In this document: piece after piece, positions 32,250 through 41,881 of the stretch | Layout of the letters: each line of letters begins with the position of its first letter | How positions within the stretch are numbered: the stretch's first letter is position 1 | Origin: Thraustochytrium aureum | Lineage: Eukaryota | Assembly: GCA_012862495.1 (NCBI GenBank) | Contig: BLSG01000325.1 | Location: 111,614 to 157,951 of the forward strand | Length of the DNA: 46,338 nucleotides | Direction: 5' to 3' | Notes under the pieces: generated by a model | What the model saw: only the letters and a program-made list of their open reading frames with translations | Told to the model about the DNA's origin: nothing | Database searches by the model: none | Program-made: the position numbers and the translations under genes

Positions 32250-33699
32250 TTAGATCAAATCGTCGTCGTCAATCTCCTCGTCGTCCTCGGCCGCCCCGCC
32301 ATTATTGTCCTCTTCCTCCTCCTCCTCCTCCTCCTCGCCTTCCGCCTCTTCCTCCTCGTCCTCGTCGTCGTCCGCGAAGCTCTGCTTCAACGCGCCTTTC
32401 CCAGCGCTCGTTGGCTTGGAAACGTCCTCTTCCGCGCTGCTGTCAGCGCCGCTCCCGGAATCGCTCTCGCCATCGTCGCCAGACTCTTCTTCTTCGCTCT
32501 CAGAAACGGCAGCGGCCTTCGGCGCCGCCCTTTCTGTGCCAGGCTTTGCTTTTCCCACGGCTTGGTCTGCGTTTTTGGCCGCCTTGGCCTTGAGCTCGGC
32601 CTCGAGCCGCTCCCGCTCCGCCTCGAGGTCAAGCGCCAACTGGCTCGTGGCCTTGGAGAGCGACCTGCTTCAACGAAGTCGGCCGTCGTCTGCCTCCAGG
32701 CAGTCGAATCGACGGCCGGCCCAGGCACATGTGCCGCATCGGCGCTGGCTCGCCCCCGTCTGACTCGCCAGCGCCGCTCTCGGCCCGATTGCGAGAGATT
32801 TGCTCCAAGGCTACGCTTTTCAAGCTCTTGGGTTTGCGGCCTGTCGCGTGGTCGCCCGTTTTGATTCCTCCAGACTCGGGCTCGTCTCCATCCTCGGCGC
32901 AGTCATCTTGCCCGCGCTGCTCTCCAGCGTCTTGGCTCTTTCCAAGTCGCAAGGGCGGACGCCCTCCGATCGGGATACCACCCCCCAAGTTGTTGAGCTT
33001 GCCAACGAGCGCAGAGATGTTCGATGTCTTCGGCAACGTCTCGGATCCTGCGTTGGGGCGCGCGGGGATCGACAGAGTTGGCTTCGGGGCTCCTGACGGG
33101 GCCGGGTTGCCAGACGAGTCCGTCGACGAGGCGCTCGAGGCGCGGCGCGGCAAGGCGGGCTTGGCGTTCCTGCTGGCGGAATCGATCGAATCGCCCGAGC
33201 TTGAGCGGTCCGCCAATCCTGCCGGCCGCGCAGGGACGGCAGGTTGGGGCGACGCTGATCGGAGGCCCGAGCCCACCTTGGCCAGCGACCTCGTCGATCC
33301 CGCCCCGTCGTGCATCGAGCGGCCAGAGCCAGCGAGGCCCGCCTCGGCCGACGCTTTGCGCTCCTCCATTTTGAGCCTCAACTCGGCAACGCGCTTGCTT
33401 GTTTCGATTCCCGCACTTGGCGCAGCCTTTGGCACGGCGGCTGGCGCGGGAACGGCGGCTCCGATCGAGCTCTTCGACTGGGTCGACGCACCGGTGTCTA
33501 GTGGTGCACGCTTGCTCTGGGTAGGACTTTCCTGCCCGTCATCCGCCTCCTCGATGGACTGCCGCTTCTTCTCAGCGAGAAAAGCTTGGACCTTGAGGCT
33601 CTTCTCCCGGTTCGGCTTGGGCCGCTCCGGCTTTGTCTCTGCGCTGCTTTGCGCCTCCTTCGCCCTGAGCGCCTCGATGCGGTCCCGCACGGAGCTCAT
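32250..33699 (-). CDS. Low-complexity Pro/Ser-rich protein with a capping-protein-interaction (CPI)-like motif and acidic tail; +1 frameshift at 32669-32670
   Basis: ORF 32629..33699 joins 32250..32639 by removing one A (PTSL/SRSLSKATSQLALDLEAER). Contains MRHMCLGRPSIRLPGGRRRPTS, several PxxPxR motifs and a poly-E/D C-terminus. Confidence 0.65.
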
Positions 33700-34654
33700 C
33701 TTCGCTCACTCGCTTCGTTCGCCCAGTCCCGCGTGCCGCCGACCGCCCGCGTCCCGGTTCGCNNNNNNNNNNNNNNNNNNNNNNNNNNNNNNNNNNNNNN
33801 NNNNNNNNNNNNNNNNNNNNNNNNNNNNNNNNNNNNNNNNNNNNNNNNNNNNNNNNNNNNNNNNNNNNNNNNNNNNNNNNNNNNNNNNNNNNNNNNNNNN
33901 NNNNNNNNNNNNNNNNNNNNNNNNNNNNNNNNNNNNNNNNNNNNNNNNNNNNNNNNNNNNNNNNNNNNNNNNNNNNNNNNNNNNNNNNNNNNNNNNNNNN
34001 NNNNNNNNNNNNNNNNNNNNNNNNNNNNNNNNNNNNNNNNNNNNNNNNNNNNNNNNNNNNNNNNNNNNNNNNNNNNNNNNNNNNNNNNGACGATCATGCC
34101 GCTGCTCTTCATCGTCATCATGGCGGCGCAGCCAGTGCGTCAGCGCGTGCGCGGGGCCCATGCGGATGGACTGGCGAAGGGCCGATCGCGGACATCGAGC
34201 TGGTCGGTCCGCTTTGGCTGCGTTGCGCGCGACGGTGGCGGTATGTGTGTGTGTGCCTGGCTGCCTTGGACATGCTCGGCTGACCGGCGGACGTAGCTCG
34301 GCGGGAGGTCGCGCGGGTGGAGCTTGCGCTAGCGCGGTGCGTTGGACGGAAATGCTCAGCGAGAATATTGCTATTTTGCACAGTGCAGCTCTCTGGATTA
34401 ATTAACTACACGAAAGAGTCGTCGGGGGCGCGGCAGGTTGCCCCAGACCAAATCCGGAATCAGGGAGTCAGAGCTGCCTTTCTTTCAATCAAAATTCAAA
34501 AGAAGGTTTGGCAGTGCCTCATCGTTCAACGCTCGGAGGCCGCGCCTTCCGTCTCTTGCAGCGCACCCCCAACCACAAACACATTGACTAGATCGAGAAA
34601 GCAAAATGAACAGCCAGCCGGCTGCAAGTACGCCCCGCAAGGCGGCGTTGGCCA

Positions 34655-35482
34655 TCAAAGCGCCTCGACAGGCGGCCCTAAAGCGGCAGCGTCGCTGCGC
34701 GGCTCCTCGACAACCGGCCCTGAAGCGGCAGCGTCGCTGCGCGGCTCCTCGGGCACGTCCTCAAACGCTGCGCCCTTGGCCGGAACGGCGGCCTGCAAGA
34801 TGAGCAGATACCCGCTTGGCTCGAAGAGCAGCGCAGGGTCGTCCACCACGCGCAGGTTGGCCTCGACGACGCGCCCCCGCAAACCAGCAGAAACGTCGAA
34901 AACCTGCCCGTCGCTGCAGTGCAACTTGCAGATCGGCTGGTCGCCGGACAAGCGCAGCGAGCCCAGCTTTCGCTTGCCGCTCACGTTGACTTGGTCGAGC
35001 CGGGAGCCTTCCACCGAGCAAAACTCCACTCGCTCCACTGTCCGCTTCGTCCGGTCTAGCGCGGGGTGCGAGGGGCTCACGCAGACCACGTGCAGCCCGT
35101 TAAAGTGCCGCAGGACGAGCGTGTCCTGCCCCTCGGGTCCTCGAAAAACGCTCTTCGTGAACGACCTGTCCACGAAGGACCGGGGGCGCTTGACGCCCCG
35201 CACCGGTCCCTTGCCTTCAGCGTACATGGGTATTGCGCCGCCCGCCTCCGTGTCCGTGGGTTTGTTCCCGTCGGTCGCCGTGGCGCCAACCTCCACGTCC
35301 TCGTGGCCAAACTTGCACTGGTCCCCAAACTTGCACTGGCCAGTCTTCTGCCAGCTGAAACAAGCTCCTCTGCGCGTCCTCTTCGCCTCGCGCCGTCTGC
35401 TCCGCCGCGCGCCGCCATCGGCTGGCGACGGGGCGCCGCCAGCGACATTTGCCGCTACATCGGCCTCATCCGCATCCCCCAT
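34655..35482 (-). CDS. ABITRAM: CCCH zinc finger fused to an ABITRAM/FAM206A (Simiate)-like domain
   Basis: CFSWQKTGQCKFGDQCKFGH (C-x8-C-x5-C-x3-H); HFNGLHVVCVSPSHPA, VSGKRKLG, ICKLHC, RGRVVEAN..P..GYLLIL. C-terminal 14-aa duplication EEPRSDAAA.GP. Confidence 0.8.
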   Translation of the reverse strand: MGDADEADVAANVAGGAPSPADGGARRSRRREAKRTRRGACFSWQKTGQCKFGDQCKFGHEDVEVGATATDGNKPTDTEAGGAIPMYAEGKGPVRGVKRPRSFVDRSFTKSVFRGPEGQDTLVLRHFNGLHVVCVSPSHPALDRTKRTVERVEFCSVEGSRLDQVNVSGKRKLGSLRLSGDQPICKLHCSDGQVFDVSAGLRGRVVEANLRVVDDPALLFEPSGYLLILQAAVPAKGAAFEDVPEEPRSDAAASGPVVEEPRSDAAALGPPVEAL

Positions 35483-36001
35483 CCCCGCGCCGCGAGCGCC
35501 TCCGGCCCGCCCGCCCGCCTGCAAGCACGAACGCACGGGCACGCACGCACGCCTGCCCGCCTGCCTGCGCGTCGCCGGCGCGGAGAGGTTGGCGAGGATT
35601 GGCGCTCTGCCAGGCTGGCATCTCGCTTGGTCTCCCTCGCTCCAGATCGCCCCATGACCGTCCGCGCCATGGCAAAGACCGAACGCGTCGGCGCGCAGCC
35701 GCGGAGCAGCACGAGTCCAGCGCGGGGCCGCGGGGGCGCGAAGAGGGGCCAGGGACGCCCGGGGCGTTGCGTCCGGCGCGTGCGGCTTTTTTCCGGGAGG
35801 GATTCCGCGGCCGGGAAGGCGAGATCCGGCGGGTTTTTTTTTCTTTTCTTGGGCGCCAAGTGCCTCGCGAAGGCGGTTGGGACGGTCGGCCAGCGGCGAA
35901 GGACATCGCGCTGCGCAGGAATTGGGCTGCGTTGTTGGTACTCTGCATAAGGCTCTGCTGATCGCTCGTGCGCGACCTGCGTGTGGCCGGGAGGTCGCAG
36001 G

Positions 36002-37084
36002 ATGGTGATGATGCGGGTTGGCGCTGCGCTCGCCGCCCTCGTTGCAACGGCGCTGCTCGTGGAGCCAGGTGATGCGTTCTTTGGCGGCGGCGGACGCCGA
36101 CGCGTTGCGGCTGCTGAGGTGGAGGAGATCGACTTGTACGAGGCGCTAGGCATTGATGAGGAGGCCTCGGAGAAGGACATCAAGTCGGCTTACCGCAAGC
36201 TGTCGCTCAAGTTCCACCCTGACCGCAACGGCGGCGACGAAACAGCGGCCGACAAGTTCCGCGAGGTCTCCCGCGCGTACGAGATCCTCGGCAACGAGGA
36301 GAAAAAGTTCTTGTACGACCAGGGCGGGATGGCGCTGCTGAAAGAGGCAGAGGAGCAGGGCGGGCGCGGCGACCAGTTCGGCGGGTTTTTCGGCGGCCGG
36401 GGCGGGAACCGCGGGCCCGACTACCAAATGCGGATGCGGGTGTCGCTTGAAGACCTGTACAACGGCGCTGAACGAGAGACGCGCATCACGCGCCGCGTCG
36501 TTTGCCGCGGGTGCAGCAAGCCCAGCTCGAACGAAAAGACAACCGCGCGGTGCGCAAAGTGCGGGCGGTGCCCGAACGAGGTGCGCATGGTGCAGCGACA
36601 AATGGGCGGCTTCATCGTGCAGCAGCAAGAAGAGGTGCCGAGCAAAGAAAAGTGCAAGAACGAAGAAAAGGTTCTCAACGCGGTCATTGAGAGGGGCATG
36701 GAGGACGGCTCTCAACTGCGGTTCAAATACATGAGCGAGCAAAAGCCAAAGCAGATCCCAGGCGACGTGGTCCTGATTATTTCGCAAACGAAGAACAAGC
36801 GGTTCGAGCGCAAGGGGCACAACCTCCACCACACGATGAGAATCTCGCTGCGCGAAGCGCTCACGGGTTTTTCCAAGACGATCACGCATCTTGATCATCA
36901 CGAGGTGGACGTGGACAGGGAGGGCATGATCACGCGTCCGTTCGAGACTATAATCATCGAAGGAGAAGGAATGCCGATGCACGAGGTCCCGTCACAGTTT
37001 GGCGACATGCATGTCACATTTGAGGTCATCTTCCCTCCCGCACTCACCGAGGAGCAGATTCAGAGGCTCAAGGAGATTCTTTAA
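36002..37084 (+). CDS. ER-luminal DnaJ/Hsp40 (ERdj3/DNAJB11-like)
   Basis: Hydrophobic signal peptide; J-domain with KFHPDRN; G/F region; reduced Cys motifs (CRGC, CAKCGRCPN); DnaJ C-terminal domain ISLREALTGF..HLD..EGMP..GDMHVTFEVIFP. Confidence 0.93.
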   Translation: MVMMRVGAALAALVATALLVEPGDAFFGGGGRRRVAAAEVEEIDLYEALGIDEEASEKDIKSAYRKLSLKFHPDRNGGDETAADKFREVSRAYEILGNEEKKFLYDQGGMALLKEAEEQGGRGDQFGGFFGGRGGNRGPDYQMRMRVSLEDLYNGAERETRITRRVVCRGCSKPSSNEKTTARCAKCGRCPNEVRMVQRQMGGFIVQQQEEVPSKEKCKNEEKVLNAVIERGMEDGSQLRFKYMSEQKPKQIPGDVVLIISQTKNKRFERKGHNLHHTMRISLREALTGFSKTITHLDHHEVDVDREGMITRPFETIIIEGEGMPMHEVPSQFGDMHVTFEVIFPPALTEEQIQRLKEIL

Positions 37085-37831
37085 ATTTCACGGCCTCGGT
37101 CTGTGCATGTGCAGGCCCAACTAGCACAGGATTTCGCATCTATCTCGCAGCGGCTCGGTGCAACTTCTTGCCTCGCCTCATTCATCGATGCCGAGAATTT
37201 GTAGTCGAAGCAAAAACCCCGCTGATGTTGAAACGAAACTCAGGTCCACCTCGCGCCACCGCAGCACTCCCTCATCAAGGACCAAAGCGCTTTTCAATTG
37301 AAACAACAACGAACAGCAACACCTGGTTCACTTTCCTCCCCGAGTTGTGTGTACCTCTCGAGGTCTTGCGCTTCCCGTGCCTTGCAGCGTAACGTTGTTT
37401 GATTGACGCACCAACCACGTTGAGCGGGCCTTCTTCAGCGTGCAGCTTTTGATTGCGGCTGAGAGCCTCGCCCCATCGGGTCGTGCCCGAAGATAGGCAG
37501 TGCCATCGCTCAGCGTTTGGAGGCCGCGCCTTCTGTGGCTGTGGACCTGTGGTAGTAGCGCATAGCGTCAGAGCCTGCAAAGGCCATGGATCATCAATTT
37601 TAAAACACTGTANNNNNNNNNNNNNNNNNNNNNNNNNNNNNNNNNNNNNNNNNNNNNNNNNNNNNNNNNNNNNNNNNNNNNNNNNNNNNNNNNNNNNNNN
37701 NNNNNNNNNNNNNNNNNNNNNNNNNNNNNGAGAACGACCTGAGCGCGATGAACACGGGCGCAGTGCCGCCTAGGAGCAGCGCCTCTGACCGGAGAATGCC
37801 AACAGCACAACCACGGGGGCAACCGAACCAA

Positions 37832-40699
37832 TCAGTCGATCCAGTGTTTGTCAATGCACTGCAGCTTGATCCCTGGGTAGCGGTTGAGGAAGTTCATCAA
37901 GTTGATTCGTTCCACCTCGTACACGGTGCACTCCGTCTTGGCCGTGAGCGTGAACTGCGCGATCGTGTTCGCCTTGAGGCAATTCACGTCGCCGACGAGG
38001 GTGCCAGGCCCGAGATCGACGTCCTCACTCTCGTCGGCGTGCGGCTCGTTGCGGTAGCTATCGCTTATTTGCGGCTTGTAAAACAGATTGACCGAGCCCG
38101 AGGCCACGAGGTACATGCACTCCTGCTTGTCGCCGCGGTTGAAGATCACCTCGTAGCGCGCAAAGTGACGCGGCAAAGAGAGGATCTTTTGCAACTCCTG
38201 CTGCTGGACGCGGTTCATAATCTTGTTGAGCGTATTGTTGAGGCGAAGGATGTTCCACGTCTCGAGGTTGTGAGAACGAGCCACAGCGCTGATGTTGCTC
38301 AGCGTGCTCCGCCCAATCTCTGACGAGCGAAGAAATTCGAGCATCGCTTCTCGCGGAAAGTCGATTGTGTACAAGTCGGTATAGGCCACGACCTCGTGGT
38401 GAACTGTGCGGGCGCGGTCAACACCTACACTGTTCCCGTGCGAGTCTATCCCAACCTTGTCCTCCTCCCCGCCGATGCCGCCCTCGTTGCCCTCGTTCAC
38501 GATTAGGCTCTGGCTGCCAAAAATATCACCAACGTAGTAGAACGTTGGCCGCACATGCACTGACTGTTCGGACGCAGCGCCAGAGGCGGTGCCAGAGGCC
38601 CCAGCCGAGGCAGAGGATGGCGAACCGTGGCGCTCGCTCGCCGTTGCAGGTGCACGATCGTCTTGCAGAACGCTGGCGCCGCCGCGTGGCGTGTCCTCGC
38701 GCCGCTTGATGCACTCGCACGACTGGCACCGGCCGTTGGCATCGACCGGTGTTCCGCTGCACACGCACTCCGAGTGCGCGTCGGTCCGCTCGAGAGCGAC
38801 GCCGGCCCGGACCAGGTACGTGGTCTCCCAAATCTGCCCAGGTGTGGCTAGCACAGTGCCCTTGCTGTAGAAATTGACGCGCCCGATTGCAAGCAAGTCG
38901 TCAATCGACTGGCGGTCCTTGAGGTACTTGAAAAAGTGCACCGTGCCGATGATGGCCGGCAAGCAGTTCTCCTTCTCGGCCACCGACGGGTGGCCGGTGT
39001 CCACGTCAATGCGGAGCGTCGACCACTGCGGGATAGTTTTGAGCTTCTTGGCAAACTTGCCTTCCGCCACGAGCTGCTGGTCCACGTGCACAACAAAGAG
39101 GCGCTCTCGCGTCTCGGTCGGCAGCTTGGCGAGGAGCTCGAGCGGGGTGTGGATGGGCGGCACGCCTGCCTCGTGCAGAATGTGCGGGCGGTACGCCGGA
39201 ACCAGCGTCCCATCCGGTAGCTTGCGCGGGCCGTGGGCGCGCGAGACGGGCGAGCGCTTGCAGAGGTCGTCGTACCGGCCCTTCCCGATGCGCTTTTCTC
39301 GGCGCATCTTGTCAAACAGCTTTGGGTTGGTGCACGTGTCCCCGGAGTAGACGATGCCTTCCCCGGCAAACTTGACTTCAAACCCAATGGTTGGGATCAC
39401 GTGCAGGCTGTAGAAGAAATCCCACTCCCCGCCGTGGATCATGAGCCGCTCGCCAATTTTTACGCGCTCGAAGACAAAGAGGCCACGCAAAAAGTTGGCG
39501 TCCAGATTGCTGATTGCCGCGTACTTGCGGATGAACGAGTCCATGATAGTCTGTGTCGTGTAGATCTTGATGGACGAGTCTGCCAGGATCTTTTGGAACG
39601 CGCCGGCGTCGTGGTCTGCGTGGCAGTGCGTAAGAATCATCCCGTCGATGAGCCGCGACGAGATGGCCATGTCACGCAGCACGTCTGAGCTGTCCGGCGG
39701 CGGGTCGACCATGATGCCGCGCCGGTTCACCCAGACCACAAAGCCGGTGGTCGTTCCCTTCGGGTCGAAGCCGTGCGAGGTCCCCAGCATGGTCACACCG
39801 AACACGGGAACGTCAAAGGGCTCGTGCTTGACCCGGCGTTCCTGCTTGATTCGCGGCTTGAGGAACTTGTGGTCGACTTGCGCGATCGTGCGCTTGCCTT
39901 CCCGCACGACGTACTTTTTCTGGATCGGGTTCCACTTGACGTACGTGTTGAGTTCGGCGTCTAGAACGATTTTTCCTGCGTCGCTCGGTCGGATTGCGCC
40001 GTTCCTGTGCTTGCGCTGCTGCCTCTGCTTGGTCATCGTTAGCTCGTGGCGCTTGTCGAGGACCTCAAAGTTGAGTAGCGCGTCCACGCTGATAAATTCG
40101 CGCTGGCTGTCCAATGCAAGGCCCTCTTCCACAAAGTCGGGCCAGTGCGTCTCCTGGTTTTGCTTGCTCAGGCTCCCTCCCGGCAACCCAGCGCTAAAGT
40201 CCTGGTTCAAGTCGTACGAGCCGGGCTGCGGCCCAAGGAGGGTCTCGCGGAAGATGGCGCGCACACGCTTTTCCACCGACTCGGTGGTGATCAGGGTGAC
40301 GCGCTTGCCGAACACAAAGTAGTTGAAGTAGGCCGGGAACTCGAACTCGGCAATATTGATCCCAAGCTGCCGGTCGAACATCTCGTCGCCCAGGATGACA
40401 AACGTGGTGGGCACGCTCAGGCCCCAGAGGAGCGCGTCCTTGATCGTCTCTGGTGGCAGCCCAAACTGGATCGTCCCCTTGCTATGGTTTACGAGAATGC
40501 CTCCGCGCGGCAGCGCGACGACGGCGGCGTCGCCTGTGCTCACTTCGACCTGCCGATTGATCACTTCGATCTTGGACATCTCGATCAGGAACGAGCCATC
40601 GCTATTGCGGCATGTCCCATTGATCGTGCTCTCGTAGTCGGTAACGGTCGTGAGCTTTCGCACCCCGTTGCCCTTGGGCACCGACGCGGACGCGCCCAT
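37832..40699 (-). CDS. Metallo-beta-lactamase-fold cyclic-nucleotide phosphodiesterase with two cNMP-binding domains (GbpA/PdeD-PdeE-like); predicted N-myristoylated
   Basis: IQFGLPPETIKD, EFEFPAYFNYF, FGVTMLGTSHGFDP..TGFVVW..VDPP, THCHADHD metal motif, SLHVIPTIGF, YSGDT, HEAGVPPIHTP. Two C-terminal CNB-like repeats (YLVRAG; IFNRGDKQECMYLVASGSV..LGPGTLVGD). N-terminus MGASAS. Confidence 0.88.
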   Translation of the reverse strand: MGASASVPKGNGVRKLTTVTDYESTINGTCRNSDGSFLIEMSKIEVINRQVEVSTGDAAVVALPRGGILVNHSKGTIQFGLPPETIKDALLWGLSVPTTFVILGDEMFDRQLGINIAEFEFPAYFNYFVFGKRVTLITTESVEKRVRAIFRETLLGPQPGSYDLNQDFSAGLPGGSLSKQNQETHWPDFVEEGLALDSQREFISVDALLNFEVLDKRHELTMTKQRQQRKHRNGAIRPSDAGKIVLDAELNTYVKWNPIQKKYVVREGKRTIAQVDHKFLKPRIKQERRVKHEPFDVPVFGVTMLGTSHGFDPKGTTTGFVVWVNRRGIMVDPPPDSSDVLRDMAISSRLIDGMILTHCHADHDAGAFQKILADSSIKIYTTQTIMDSFIRKYAAISNLDANFLRGLFVFERVKIGERLMIHGGEWDFFYSLHVIPTIGFEVKFAGEGIVYSGDTCTNPKLFDKMRREKRIGKGRYDDLCKRSPVSRAHGPRKLPDGTLVPAYRPHILHEAGVPPIHTPLELLAKLPTETRERLFVVHVDQQLVAEGKFAKKLKTIPQWSTLRIDVDTGHPSVAEKENCLPAIIGTVHFFKYLKDRQSIDDLLAIGRVNFYSKGTVLATPGQIWETTYLVRAGVALERTDAHSECVCSGTPVDANGRCQSCECIKRREDTPRGGASVLQDDRAPATASERHGSPSSASAGASGTASGAASEQSVHVRPTFYYVGDIFGSQSLIVNEGNEGGIGGEEDKVGIDSHGNSVGVDRARTVHHEVVAYTDLYTIDFPREAMLEFLRSSEIGRSTLSNISAVARSHNLETWNILRLNNTLNKIMNRVQQQELQKILSLPRHFARYEVIFNRGDKQECMYLVASGSVNLFYKPQISDSYRNEPHADESEDVDLGPGTLVGDVNCLKANTIAQFTLTAKTECTVYEVERINLMNFLNRYPGIKLQCIDKHWID

Positions 40700-41881
40700 C
40701 GCGGGGCGGTAGCCACCGTCCCGCTAGCCAGCCCTCAAGCGAGCTGCTGCGGCAAACCTTGACCGCGCAGCGCCGCGGCACTGCACGTGGGCGCCGCCTC
40801 GTGCACGCCGCGCCCCGTCAGCTCGTGCGCTCTACCGCGGCCTATTGCACGCCACGTTCGCGGTCGCCGCCTTCCTCGAGCGGCACTGCACGGCAAGAAC
40901 AGCACGGTGGCTGCGGAGGCAAGCGAGCGAGCGAGCGCCGACAGCCTCAGCCTCTGCGAGGGAGAACGAGCGCGCGAGAGGGCGCGCGCGAGANNNNNNN
41001 NNNNNNNNNNNNNNNNNNNNNNNNNNNNNNNNNNNNNNNNNNNNNNNNNNNNNNNNNNNNNNNNNNNNNNNNNNNNNNNNNNNNNNNNNNNNNNNNNNNN
41101 NNNNNNNNNNNNNNNNNNNNNNNNNNNNNNNNNNNNNNNNNNNNNNNNNNNNNNNNNNNNNNNNNNNNNNNNNNNNNNNNNNNNNNNNNNNNNNNNNNNN
41201 NNNNNNNNNNNNNNNNNNNNNNNNNNNNNNNNNNNNNNNNNNNNNNNNNNNNNNNNNNNNNNNNNNNNNNNNNNGAGAGGGCGCGCTCTAGCCCTAGAGG
41301 GCTAGCTTAAGCTAGAGAGAGGGCCGGGCGGCGAGAAGGAGAGCTGCCTGCAGAGGGCGCACTCCAACAGGCCCATTCCCCGGCGTCCACCGGACACCGG
41401 TAAAGTGTGCCGCGATCACGTCACATGGGGGTTGCACGTGACGAGACGGAATGTGCGCCTTCAAGATGTTACCGTTACGGATGTGAAACGGTACCATTGG
41501 CCCTCGCTGCCGGTCGATGAATGAATGGGTTGGTTGCATGGGATGACGAGGCTGCAGCGGCAGGAGCAGGAGGGTGATGTGCTAGACGATGTGGCTGATG
41601 TTTGCTTGGCGATGGGCCTTGCGTGGCTGGAGGAATGATGGTTTTCGTTGGTTTTTTGGAGCTTTTTTTTGTAGTTTTCCGGGGTCGGCGCCAATCCACG
41701 CACGCCATCGAAGAGCGTGAAGGAGCTAGCACACAGTACCGAGTCTATTGCTCGCTCGCTTGCGGAGCTGATCTGAGCTGGACGGACTGCTCAGCAGCGA
41801 GGCGGCCGACACGACGAGACAGGCGCGCGCAGGGCAAAGCTTGCCACAAAGCGACGTACGCGGTGCTGCGCGATTGAGAGG

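Noticed and set aside
15095..35482. GCSH and the GCV-H-fold ABITRAM gene as a functional cluster
   Set aside because: They are 19 kb apart with many unrelated genes between them; there is no evidence of linkage.
37181..37196. TTCATCGATGCCGAGA resembles the reverse complement of a conserved 5.8S rRNA motif
   Set aside because: Only ~15 nt match; the flanks do not follow 5.8S and there is no rDNA context.
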